Shown here: one piece after another, positions 32,536 through 39,668 of the stretch
Layout of the letters: each line of letters opens with the position of its first letter
Position numbering within the stretch: position 1 is the stretch's first letter
DNA from: Candidatus Saccharimonadia bacterium
Lineage (GTDB): Bacteria; Patescibacteriota; Saccharimonadia; Saccharimonadales; SZUA-47
NCBI GenBank assembly: GCA_938050265.1
Contig: CALLJT010000010.1
Span: 1 to 39,668, forward strand
DNA length: 39,668 nt
Reading direction: 5' to 3'
Translations under genes and position numbers: made by a program
The notes under the pieces: generated by a model
What the model was told of the DNA's origin: nothing
Database searches by the model: none
The model's input: the letters and a program-made list of their open reading frames with translations, nothing else

Positions 32536-33086
32536 GCGACCTTCTCCCTGCACTTTGGTTTTTCTTACCGGGCGCATACGCCAACATGGCACCTATATTT
32601 GCTAACAACATACCACTGCTCAAACCGTACACATACCCGCTCGACCATCACAAATCATACAGAGGCGTCCGGATATTTGGTGATCACAAAACCTACCGCG
32701 GTGTTATCTCAGGCACGATTTTCGGGGCGCTTACTGGGCTGGTGCAATACCTGCTCGCATCGAATTTTGACGCGCTGTCGGACATTGCAAGCCTCACTGA
32801 TTACACGTCTCTCTCCGTCGTCGCACTTGGCGCTGCTATCGGGTTTGGTAGCCTCATGGGAGACGCCGTTAAAAGCTTCTTCAAACGACAAGCCCGTGTC
32901 GCTCCTGGTAAAAACTGGATACCGTTCGACCAGATAGATTTCGTGGTTGGCGGACTGATCGCTAGCCTACCGTTTGTCAGGCTAGAAATATCGACATACC
33001 TTATCATCCTGGCCGCCGCCGGACTATTGCACCCGGCCATCAACGTCCTTGGTTGGATGCTGCACCTCAAAGATAAACCACTCTAG
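32532..33086 (+). CDS. CDP-archaeol synthase-like (CarS / DUF46 family) cytidylyltransferase
   Basis: LPGAYANMAPIF...GDHKTYRGVISG...GDAVKSFFKRQ...DQIDFVVGG...LKDKPL parallels the archaeal CarS sequence as I recall it. ATGA start/stop overlap with the upstream gene. Confidence 0.75.
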   Translation: MSDLLPALWFFLPGAYANMAPIFANNIPLLKPYTYPLDHHKSYRGVRIFGDHKTYRGVISGTIFGALTGLVQYLLASNFDALSDIASLTDYTSLSVVALGAAIGFGSLMGDAVKSFFKRQARVAPGKNWIPFDQIDFVVGGLIASLPFVRLEISTYLIILAAAGLLHPAINVLGWMLHLKDKPL

Positions 33087-33100
33087 TACCCCGCGCAGGG

Positions 33101-33775
33101 CTACTGATGTTTATAAATATATACTGGCTGGTCAACATACCTGTCCAGTGTCTGTGCAAGTACATCAACCTGCTGGTGCTGCTCGCCATCACCAGTAACG
33201 AGCGCGTTATACGCAATATACGGCTGCAGTACGTCCATGCCAGTTAAAAACAACGTACCGTGCAGAAGCGGGTACAGATGCTGAATCATGCTCGCTCCAT
33301 GCTCTCCGCCAGGCCCATAGGCGCTCTCTTGATCGTTGGTTGTGGCTACGACCAGCGCCTGCTTGCCACGCAAGAACCCTTGTGCATACCGGTGGGAGCT
33401 ATCAGACACAATCCCTCTCGCGCATACCTTGTCAAACCAACCTTTCATGATAGCTGGTGCGGCACTCCACCATACAGGGAACTCAAATATAACAATGTCT
33501 GCAGCACGCAGTCGCTGTATCTCTTGCTGGATGTCCTCTGCGAACCCTTCAGATCCACCTGCAGCCACACGACTCTGTTCGAGATTATAATCTTGATTCG
33601 GTCCACCCGACGTTTTGAAGTCCCATTTCTCTGCTACTGCGTGAAACCCGCTCGCGTACAGATCAGATATCACGACCGTGTCGCCACGCCTCTCATAGAA
33701 CCCAACGACCTGACTATGCAGACGAGCCCCGAACGAGTGAGTATCTTGATACGCGTATACCACAAGCACATTCAT
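33101..33775 (-). CDS. Flavodoxin-like-fold NAD(P)H:quinone oxidoreductase
   Basis: MNVLVVYAYQDTHSF...FEFPVWWSAAPAIMKGWFDKV is typical of the NQO1/Flavodoxin_2 family. Confidence 0.78.
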   Translation of the reverse strand: MNVLVVYAYQDTHSFGARLHSQVVGFYERRGDTVVISDLYASGFHAVAEKWDFKTSGGPNQDYNLEQSRVAAGGSEGFAEDIQQEIQRLRAADIVIFEFPVWWSAAPAIMKGWFDKVCARGIVSDSSHRYAQGFLRGKQALVVATTNDQESAYGPGGEHGASMIQHLYPLLHGTLFLTGMDVLQPYIAYNALVTGDGEQHQQVDVLAQTLDRYVDQPVYIYKHQ

Positions 33776-33843
33776 GCTTCTAGTATCTCAAACAGCTGCG
33801 GAATATGAAACATGACTTTTCAGCAGCATTGCTAAAACGTAGC

Positions 33844-34284
33844 TCAAGCACCGACGGGCTGAGTGCGTTGGTCAACGACTTTCAGCGTGAGTGAATCAAT
33901 CTTCCAGCGGCCAGCTACTTTACGAAACGTATATTCGTATACACCGTCCATGATATGCACGTACCGCTTGCCTTCTTTCAGGCTATAGTACCGTGCTTCA
34001 ACCTCTGATGTGGCTGCGACCTCTTTTTTGCCTGTTCGCTCGATGTCCATATGGCCGAGCCTGTGGCGAGCACTGTAGTACATGTCACGAAGCATCCTGC
34101 GCCAACCATACAGCACGTTGGCTGGTGATTTTTTGCCGGGAGCTTCTTTATTAAACATACTTTCGTCGATGTACGGCGACTCTGTGAATAGGTGTTCAAG
34201 TTTGTCCCATTGCCCCTGATCACGGTACTCCATGACGAGCTCTATCAGCTCTCTGATGTGTGCATTTACTGCTGCTGAATACAT
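33844..34284 (-). CDS. SnoaL-like / NTF2-fold protein
   Basis: 146 aa. The pattern (IRELIELVMEYRDQGQWDKLEHLF...) is consistent with the NTF2-like fold. Based on recall only. Confidence 0.55.
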   Translation of the reverse strand: MYSAAVNAHIRELIELVMEYRDQGQWDKLEHLFTESPYIDESMFNKEAPGKKSPANVLYGWRRMLRDMYYSARHRLGHMDIERTGKKEVAATSEVEARYYSLKEGKRYVHIMDGVYEYTFRKVAGRWKIDSLTLKVVDQRTQPVGA

Positions 34285-34478
34285 AGTTTTTTACCTTTCC
34301 CCTTTACGACTAGTGCCGGAACAACTAGTGCATTACCTGTATGATACACCTCGGATTAGAAATTAGCAAACTCGAACCTAGAGTGCCAATTTTACAACAT
34401 TGTCTGTCTGTTTTGCAGGGGCTATTGCCCTCCTTGGGTTTTGTTTTCTGCGACTACTGTGTCACAGTTTACGCTACA

Positions 34479-34955
34479 ATGACAATAACCATCATAACTG
34501 TCGGTGCACAGTCCAAACAGGAGTACGCTGCACTGTGCCAGTCATACCTAAAGCGCCTACCCCGACACATACGTGTGACCTGGCAGCTCATTAAGCACGG
34601 CCCAGGGGACCGTATAAAAAGCGTACGCACCGAATCTGAGAATATACTGAAATCAATCCCCGCACAGGCAACTGTCATACTTCTAGACGAGCGGGGTCGC
34701 ACGCTCACATCACCCGAGCTATCTTCTGCCATGTTCAGTCGTCACGCTGCTGGCACTGCGGCACCTGGAGGGCACGATGTCGTGTTCATCATAGGAGGCG
34801 CCTACGGTGTAGACCGTGCCGTACAGAACCGCGCAGACATCGTCGTATCTCTCGGAAAGCTCGTATATCCACATCACATTGTGCGACTCATACTTTGTGA
34901 GCAAATCTATAGATCCTACACCATACACACCAATCACCCATACCACCATAGCTAG
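34479..34955 (+). CDS. rlmH: 23S rRNA (pseudouridine1915-N3)-methyltransferase (SPOUT)
   Basis: MTITIITVGAQSK...FIIGGAYGV...SLGKLVYPHHIVRLILCEQIYRSYTI..NHPYH. The start was moved to the ATG at 34479. Confidence 0.88.
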   Translation: MTITIITVGAQSKQEYAALCQSYLKRLPRHIRVTWQLIKHGPGDRIKSVRTESENILKSIPAQATVILLDERGRTLTSPELSSAMFSRHAAGTAAPGGHDVVFIIGGAYGVDRAVQNRADIVVSLGKLVYPHHIVRLILCEQIYRSYTIHTNHPYHHS

Positions 34956-34975
34956 CCCCAGAGTCTGGCTATCCG

Positions 34976-35623
34976 CTACACTTCCGAGAGCAGAGCTTTT
35001 TTGAGCTCGCTCATTTTCGAAAACAACATATCAGGCTCAGCTGGTTCCATTGCCTCGACGCCCCCAAGCCCCCAGGTAACGCCGTACACACGCACGCCAG
35101 CCTTTTTGCTCGACGCAACATCCCTGGGCTCGTCACCGACGTAAATTACGTGATCTTTGCTGAGTTTGTGGCGCTCAATGATTCGTTCAAGCGCTTTTTC
35201 TTTCCCAAAAACAGTTTTCTCAGACACAACGAAATCAAACGCCGGAAAATCGTTCGCCTGCAGAAACTCCTGAACCAGAGCATGCTCGTTTGACGTCAGT
35301 ACACCGATCCCCACACCTGCCTGCTTGAGCGCAACTAACATAGGTATTGCGCCGCGATACGGCTTAACCTCTCCCATGTGAGCTTTCATCTCTTTGCGAA
35401 CCAGCATAATCAGTCGGGGTACGACAAACCAACGGATATTCAGATGCTTCATGGCTTTTTTGTAGCCCATAGTACGCAAATCAGAAAACTGATCAGGTGT
35501 CACTGGGTTCATACCAAGTTGCTCAGCATGATCATTATAAATACGCACTATCAAATCCAGCGTATTAGCCAGCGTTCCATCAAAATCAAATATAACCGTC
35601 AGATCAGTCTTCTTTTTTCCCAT
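34976..35623 (-). CDS. HAD-superfamily phosphatase (phosphoglycolate phosphatase-like)
   Basis: VIFDFDGTLANT (motif I), LTSN, K and GDEPRD motifs. Confidence 0.85.
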   Translation of the reverse strand: MGKKKTDLTVIFDFDGTLANTLDLIVRIYNDHAEQLGMNPVTPDQFSDLRTMGYKKAMKHLNIRWFVVPRLIMLVRKEMKAHMGEVKPYRGAIPMLVALKQAGVGIGVLTSNEHALVQEFLQANDFPAFDFVVSEKTVFGKEKALERIIERHKLSKDHVIYVGDEPRDVASSKKAGVRVYGVTWGLGGVEAMEPAEPDMLFSKMSELKKALLSEV

Positions 35624-35693
35624 TACCTGTATGATAGCAGTTTTATTGGGCGAATATATAGGTTTTCATGGTCTATTCTCATCGAGCTGTGGC

Positions 35694-35861
35694 TATAGCC
35701 AAAGCAAAACAAAATCAGCTTCTTTTGAATCTTGATCTGAGCGAGCTTGAAAAAGCTGTTTCTCGAATGAAGTATATCTGTAGATATAGCAAGGGAGAGA
35801 ACGGGTTTTTGAGCCGTTCAGGCGAGTTCAAAAGTGTTTGTTTTGTTTTGCTTTGGCTATA
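35694..35861. repeat. Perfect 21-bp inverted repeat pair separated by 126 bp
   Basis: TATAGCCAAAGCAAAACAAAA (35694-35714) is the exact reverse complement of 35841-35861. The right arm lies within the last 11 codons of tag. Confidence 0.9.
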
Positions 35862-36412
35862 ACACATGAAGCCACATGGTCGTCAACCACACCAACTGCC
35901 TGGAGATACGCGTAGACTATCGTTGTACCGACGAACGACATGCCACGTTTTTTCAGATCTTTACTGATACGATCTGATAATTCAGTGCTGGCGGGCACGT
36001 CTGCGAGTGTTTTTGGGTTATTAATAATCTGTGTGCCATCCACAAACGCCCATAGATAGTCAGAGAAGCTCCCGAATTCTTTTTGAATATCGATAAATAT
36101 GTGCGCGTTTTTGACTGCCGATCGGACCTTGAGCTTGTTGCGGATAATACCTTCATCTTCCAGCGCCGCTTGGATGCCTGACTCAGTAAACGCAGCTACT
36201 GTCTGTACGTCGAAGTCATTAAACACTCGCCGGTACCCTTCCCTGCGCTTCAGAATAGTGATCCAGCTTAGGCCGGCTTGTGCTCCTTCTAAAACCAAAA
36301 ATTCGAACAAAACCCGGTCGTCGTAGACAGGTGCGCCCCACTCTTCGTCATGATAGCTCTCATACAGTTCGTCACCCTCTGCCCAGCCACATCGAACTAT
36401 CTTTTGAGCCAC
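35828..36412 (-). CDS. tag: DNA-3-methyladenine glycosylase I
   Basis: RCGWAEGDELYESYHDEEWGAPVYDDRVLFEFLVLEGAQAGLSW. GTG start. Confidence 0.9.
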   Translation of the reverse strand: MAQKIVRCGWAEGDELYESYHDEEWGAPVYDDRVLFEFLVLEGAQAGLSWITILKRREGYRRVFNDFDVQTVAAFTESGIQAALEDEGIIRNKLKVRSAVKNAHIFIDIQKEFGSFSDYLWAFVDGTQIINNPKTLADVPASTELSDRISKDLKKRGMSFVGTTIVYAYLQAVGVVDDHVASCVIAKAKQNKHF

Positions 36413-36678
36413 AGAGTGCCTTTCTTGCGGTCATGCTCAAGCTCTCCGCGGGCTTCCATGTCAAGCTTTACCGACTCACCATACCAGGCAGCGGACCCGT
36501 CGAAATCTGGCCCCACAGCGTCAGAAATCGCCTGCAGAAACGCCATTGGCTTCATGGTCTTCTCACGCTCGAGCACTGCAAACGCGGCCTTCCGAATCAC
36601 ATCGTACTTACCCTGGTCGATGTTCACCCCTGACTTCTTCGGGTCAGGATGCAGCGTCAGAATTTTTGTATCACTCAT
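36397..36678 (-). CDS. Conserved-looking small hypothetical protein
   Basis: 93-aa ORF translationally coupled on both sides (an ATGA overlap upstream and a 16-nt overlap with tag). Confidence 0.55.
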   Translation of the reverse strand: MSDTKILTLHPDPKKSGVNIDQGKYDVIRKAAFAVLEREKTMKPMAFLQAISDAVGPDFDGSAAWYGESVKLDMEARGELEHDRKKGTLWLKR

Positions 36679-37091
36679 ACGAGTCCGGGCGATTTTTCAG
36701 CACGTTTCAAGATCTTTGCTACCGTCTGCAAATTCAGATCGTCGAGTTTCTTAAACCGTATGCAGCTTTTGCCGACACTCACTTTGCCGAGTTCGTCTTT
36801 GTACTTCTCGGTTAGGTACTCCTTGCCACCTTCGACTGCACATACGTACAGACTCACGTAATTCTTCTGGCTTGCGAGTGCAATCAGCGGCCAGTCAATC
36901 AGCTCTTTTTTGTAGTTCGTATACTCAAACTTCCCGTACCCTAGCATATTGTAGGCAAACCACCGCTCCTGTTTGGGTAGTGTCTTTTTGATAAGCGCGT
37001 CGAGTGCCTCAATGATTTCTCGCCTCTCGTCATTAAGCAGTGCGATGTACTCAGTATCGCTTTTTGCCCCAACGGGTTTAAACATGTTCAT
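36675..37091 (-). CDS. DUF1801 (YdhG-like) domain protein
   Basis: 138 aa with YdhG-like pattern ...VSVGKSCIRFKKLDDLNLQTVAKILKRA. Based on recall only. Confidence 0.62.
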   Translation of the reverse strand: MNMFKPVGAKSDTEYIALLNDERREIIEALDALIKKTLPKQERWFAYNMLGYGKFEYTNYKKELIDWPLIALASQKNYVSLYVCAVEGGKEYLTEKYKDELGKVSVGKSCIRFKKLDDLNLQTVAKILKRAEKSPGLV

Positions 37092-37107
37092 AGCTATAGC
37101 TTCCTTG

Positions 37108-37998
37108 TTATTGGTCGGCTTGCTTAGCTTGTGACTTACCGGCTTGCTTGTTCACTTCGTTCGCAGTAATCATTGCGTTGCGGAGCTGCTGCGATATGTC
37201 GTTCATTCCTGACGGACTGTGTGGGATGAGCACGGTATTGCTGTTTGAGCTCAGGCCCACGTCCTTGAGTGTGTCAAAATACTGCGTCATCAGGACCAGG
37301 TTCATGACATCATGCGCGCTGGTACCACTGACGTCACTCTGAAATTCTGTGACACTTTCTTTGAGCCCATTCACGATTGCGGTTCGCTGGTCGGCGATAC
37401 CCTTACCCTGCAGTGCCTTGCTCTCAGCTTCTGCTTCAGCAGCCTTCACGACACGAATCTTCTCTGCTTCTGCCTCTTCAACTGCAGCAACACGGAGGCG
37501 CTGGGCTGCGTTGATCTGGTTCATACTTGCCTTGACGTTTGCATCTGGGTCAATGTCCGTCACGAGTGTTTTGACAATACCATAGCCAAAATCGTCCATG
37601 ATCTGTTCAAGCTCGAGCTTCACCGCCTGGGCGATGTCGTCTTTGGTTTCAAACACGTTATCCAGCGTTATGCTCGGCACACGTGCCCGCACCACGTCGT
37701 AGACATAGCTGGTGATCTGCGCTTCAGCATTCTGCAGTTTATAAAACGCGTCGACGACCTTGTCTGGTATCACGAAATACTGCACGCTCACAATCACAAA
37801 CACGAACACGTTGTCCTTGGTCTTTGTTTCGACTTTGACGTCGAGCTGGCGCACACGCAGGCTGATACGACCAGCTATCTGATCAACAATAGGGATCTTA
37901 AACCCAAGACCCGGTCGCGCTACCTTTTTGAACTTACCAAACCGCTCAACAACTGCATTTGTTTGTTGTGTAACTGTGTAAAATAGCCCGAAATCCAT
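37108..37998 (-). CDS. SPFH/Band-7 (stomatin/prohibitin-like) domain protein
   Basis: VVERFGKFKKVARPGLGFKIPIVD...; coiled-coil AAEAEAE region; AGGAGG SD. Confidence 0.9.
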   Translation of the reverse strand: MDFGLFYTVTQQTNAVVERFGKFKKVARPGLGFKIPIVDQIAGRISLRVRQLDVKVETKTKDNVFVFVIVSVQYFVIPDKVVDAFYKLQNAEAQITSYVYDVVRARVPSITLDNVFETKDDIAQAVKLELEQIMDDFGYGIVKTLVTDIDPDANVKASMNQINAAQRLRVAAVEEAEAEKIRVVKAAEAEAESKALQGKGIADQRTAIVNGLKESVTEFQSDVSGTSAHDVMNLVLMTQYFDTLKDVGLSSNSNTVLIPHSPSGMNDISQQLRNAMITANEVNKQAGKSQAKQADQ

Positions 37999-38313
37999 AT
38001 TCGACTATGCCTCCTGTTTATATCCTTTAGTGTACACCTCCCGCACCCCGTATCAAACACAGGCTACTGTGCAGCGGAACTCCAAATCGCAAACTGAGCC
38101 ATAAGTGCAGCCTTCGACCTCTCCGCATCCCACACCACGCCCTCGATCACCGGCCACCCTTCGGGTGTCCACTCAAAACCGTGCTCATCAGTTGCATGGA
38201 CAAACCAACCTTTCGTTGGCTCCTTCTGCTACCACGCTCGATGTACTGTGTGTGTTGTGTGTTTCGATATTCATTTCCCTGATCTCCTTGATCTATTGTA
38301 GTGTCTTTTACTA

Positions 38314-38340
38314 ATTAAAAACCTCGCACGTTTGGCGAGG
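38314..38340 (-). terminator. Rho-independent terminator candidate (minus strand)
   Basis: CCTCGC-N7-GCGAGG hairpin (38322-38340), followed on the minus strand by TTTTTAATT. Confidence 0.45.
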
Positions 38341-38500
38341 CATACTGTTTTTGATATCTTCTCCAAGAACAAGCTACATCAACAGCACGCCAATCCCCCG
38401 CAACAACATGCGGTACCTTGATCGATGATGCTGTGTGTTTGTTTTTGCATAGCTACTCAAATACTACCACACACTACACGGCAATACATGAGGCAGCACC

Positions 38501-38618
38501 CTGACCCACATTCACTTTTTTCTCAAGAGTAGTATAAGCGTAGTGCAGCCAGAGACACCCTTCCTAGGGGTGGCCCTGCGCGAAACGCTACTCGGAGGGA
38601 AACGTGAGTATGGGTCAG
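38501..38618. mobile_element. Palindromic MITE-like repeat, copy 4
   Basis: TIR TGACCCACATTCAC...GTGAGTATGGGTCA (one mismatch and one G-U). The flanks GGCAGCACC and GGCAACATT match 6/9. It lies 77 nt upstream of tRNA-Ser. Confidence 0.7.
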
Positions 38619-38695
38619 GGCAACATTTGGTCAAGTCTCTTCTCTTTTGCTAACAGATACGGTACAATCTTTTCACGTAGTCACTCATAGATCGC

Positions 38696-38788
38696 GGAGA
38701 GGTACCCAAGTGGCTTAAGGGGACGGTTTGCTAAATCGTTAGTGGGGAGCAATCTCCAGCGAGGGTTCGAATCCCTCTCTCTCCGCCA
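38696..38788 (+). tRNA. tRNA-Ser (anticodon GCT) with long variable arm and encoded CCA
   Basis: Folded by hand. Acceptor GGAGAGG/TCTCTCC, D-arm, anticodon stem ACGGT/ATCGT with loop TTGCTAA, a 21-nt variable arm, T-arm GAGGG-TTCGAAT-CCCTC, discriminator G and CCA. Confidence 0.95.
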
Positions 38789-38797
38789 AAACAACAA

Positions 38798-38829
38798 CCC
38801 GACTGGTGCTTCAGTCGGGTTTTTGTTTT
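38798..38829 (+). terminator. Rho-independent terminator after tRNA-Ser
   Basis: CCCGACTG-N6-CAGTCGGG, followed by TTTTTGTTTT. Confidence 0.75.
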
Positions 38830-38830
38830 G

Positions 38831-39427
38831 ATGGTGTACAATACGCTTATGGCAACGAATCAACCGCACAACCAGCAAGCACAGCACAACCAGCAAGAGA
38901 TGGCAAACTGGCAGGCAGCGCAGCAACAAGGGTTCACAGACCAGTACCCTGCAGACATGCCAATGAACGTTGATCCTGTCACCTGGAAAAGCGCCGAATA
39001 CATGACCCATACTAAGACGTCACAGTGGTATATTGTTTTTCTCGTCTGTACGTTCCTGGTCGCCGGGCTGATACTCTTGCTAACCCGTGAATGGCTTGCA
39101 TCAATCACGATACTGATCGTCGGAGCTTCTGCGGGATTTTTTGCATCTCGCCCGCCATCAGAGCGACAATACGAAATCAACGAACACGAAGTCAAAATAG
39201 ATCAGCGCAGCTTCCCTCTTGAATCATTCAAATCGTTTTCTGTCGTAGAAGAAGGCACCCAAGACAGCATCTGGCTCAAGCCAGTCAAACGGTTTGCGCC
39301 GTTTCAAATCATCTATTTTCATGCTGAAGACGAGCAACGCATCATAGACATACTTGGCCTATTCCTACCGCACGAAGAACGCGAACTAGACCACCTCGAC
39401 CTCTTGAGCAAAAAACTCAAGTTTTAA
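38831..39427 (+). CDS. Membrane protein with Gln-rich N-terminus and a possible bacterial PH-like C-terminal domain
   Basis: Two TM helices (WYIVFLVCTFLVAGLILLL and ASITILIVGASAGFFA). The start is uncertain: ATG at 38831 or 38849. Confidence 0.6.
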   Translation: MVYNTLMATNQPHNQQAQHNQQEMANWQAAQQQGFTDQYPADMPMNVDPVTWKSAEYMTHTKTSQWYIVFLVCTFLVAGLILLLTREWLASITILIVGASAGFFASRPPSERQYEINEHEVKIDQRSFPLESFKSFSVVEEGTQDSIWLKPVKRFAPFQIIYFHAEDEQRIIDILGLFLPHEERELDHLDLLSKKLKF

Positions 39428-39436
39428 ATAGTGTAG

Positions 39437-39486
39437 AGGTCGCACGTTCGAATCGGGCCTGGTTTGCAGCCATAAAAAAAGCCGGT
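39437..39486 (+). repeat. 50-bp direct repeat, copy 1 (tRNA-3'-end-like segment plus left half of a terminator)
   Basis: Identical to 39619-39668. Contains GCACG-TTCGAAT-CGGGC (T-arm-like) and ...GCAGCCA. Confidence 0.9.
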
Positions 39487-39504
39487 CAGAAGACCGGCAT
39501 TTTT
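39473..39504. terminator. Bidirectional rho-independent terminator
   Basis: AAAAAAA-GCCGGTC-AGAA-GACCGGC-ATTTTTT. Confidence 0.72.
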
Positions 39505-39618
39505 TGTGGTGCACCCGGCACGAACGTACTCACTGGCTCCCCCCACTTTTTCACTGTTGTCAGCAGAGCCGCCACCGGAAAAAGCTACTCAGAGCGCCAC
39601 TGGCGCTCTTCCCCTCAC

Positions 39619-39668
39619 GGTCGCACGTTCGAATCGGGCCTGGTTTGCAGCCATAAAAAAAGCCGGTC
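39619..39668 (+). repeat. 50-bp direct repeat, copy 2 (truncated by the window end)
   Basis: 50/50 identical to 39437-39486. Confidence 0.9.

Noticed and set aside
38105-38314. A 69-aa plus-strand ORF (GTG start) rich in Pro/Ser/Thr.
   Set aside because: It has no SD or promoter, an odd composition, and it overlaps a better (though start-less) frame on the other strand.
38681-39010. A 109-aa minus-strand ORF.
   Set aside because: It overlaps tRNA-Ser, its terminator and the plus-strand membrane protein gene, so it is spurious.
39437-39470. A possible genuine tRNA gene, based on the GTTCGAATC T-loop and the ...GCCA end.
   Set aside because: No complementary 5' acceptor strand, D-arm or anticodon arm exists upstream. 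There are 3 extra nt between the T-stem and the acceptor, and the T-stem has an A-G mismatch. I kept it only as a repeat or att-like fragment.
1-39668. An alternative genetic code (TGA recoding, as in some CPR lineages).
   Set aside because: TGA terminates several conserved genes or ORFs at expected lengths (for example tag, the Nudix gene ending at 10970 and the DUF1801 gene). There are no in-frame TGAs within the conserved proteins, so the standard code 11 fits.

Overview
This 39.7 kb window (~49% GC) is gene-dense and mostly minus-strand. By inference it comes from a small-genome bacterium of the CPR/Patescibacteria (Saccharibacteria-like) type; that is based on gene content and style, not on a search. 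The backbone is housekeeping and DNA-maintenance genes: rpsT, holA, mutM, polA, the dnaG-rpoD operon, orn, argS, gdh, rlmH, tag, mscL, a photolyase-related protein and tRNA-Ser(GCT). Five type II toxin-antitoxin modules, three Nudix genes and one MazG-like gene, three HAD phosphatases and several orphan membrane or secreted proteins sit between them. I saw no CRISPR array, rRNA, transposase, integrase or reverse transcriptase.

Observations most worth follow-up:
1. A ~120-nt rod-like palindromic element occurs in four full copies plus one remnant. Two copies are 100% identical. Stems show compensatory changes between copies, and two copies have 9-bp target-site duplications. This looks like an active MITE-like or structured-RNA family with no autonomous partner in the window.
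2. A perfect 10 x 7-bp heptad array (CGTCTCA) abuts the -35 box of a ribbon-helix-helix mazE promoter. It lies upstream of a divergent lipid operon and resembles heptad-iteron operators.
3. A translationally coupled pair encodes a CDP-alcohol phosphatidyltransferase and an archaeal-type CDP-archaeol-synthase (CarS/DUF46)-like protein.
4. About 15 genes have a -10 box 6-10 nt upstream of the ATG and no SD, which suggests leaderless transcription. The box is often embedded in an ATACTAGTAT palindrome.
5. Ribosomal protein S20 is fused to a helix-hairpin-helix domain.
6. A secreted double spondin-N protein carries a mosaic internal duplication.

All functional calls rest on motif recognition by eye. 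No database search was run.
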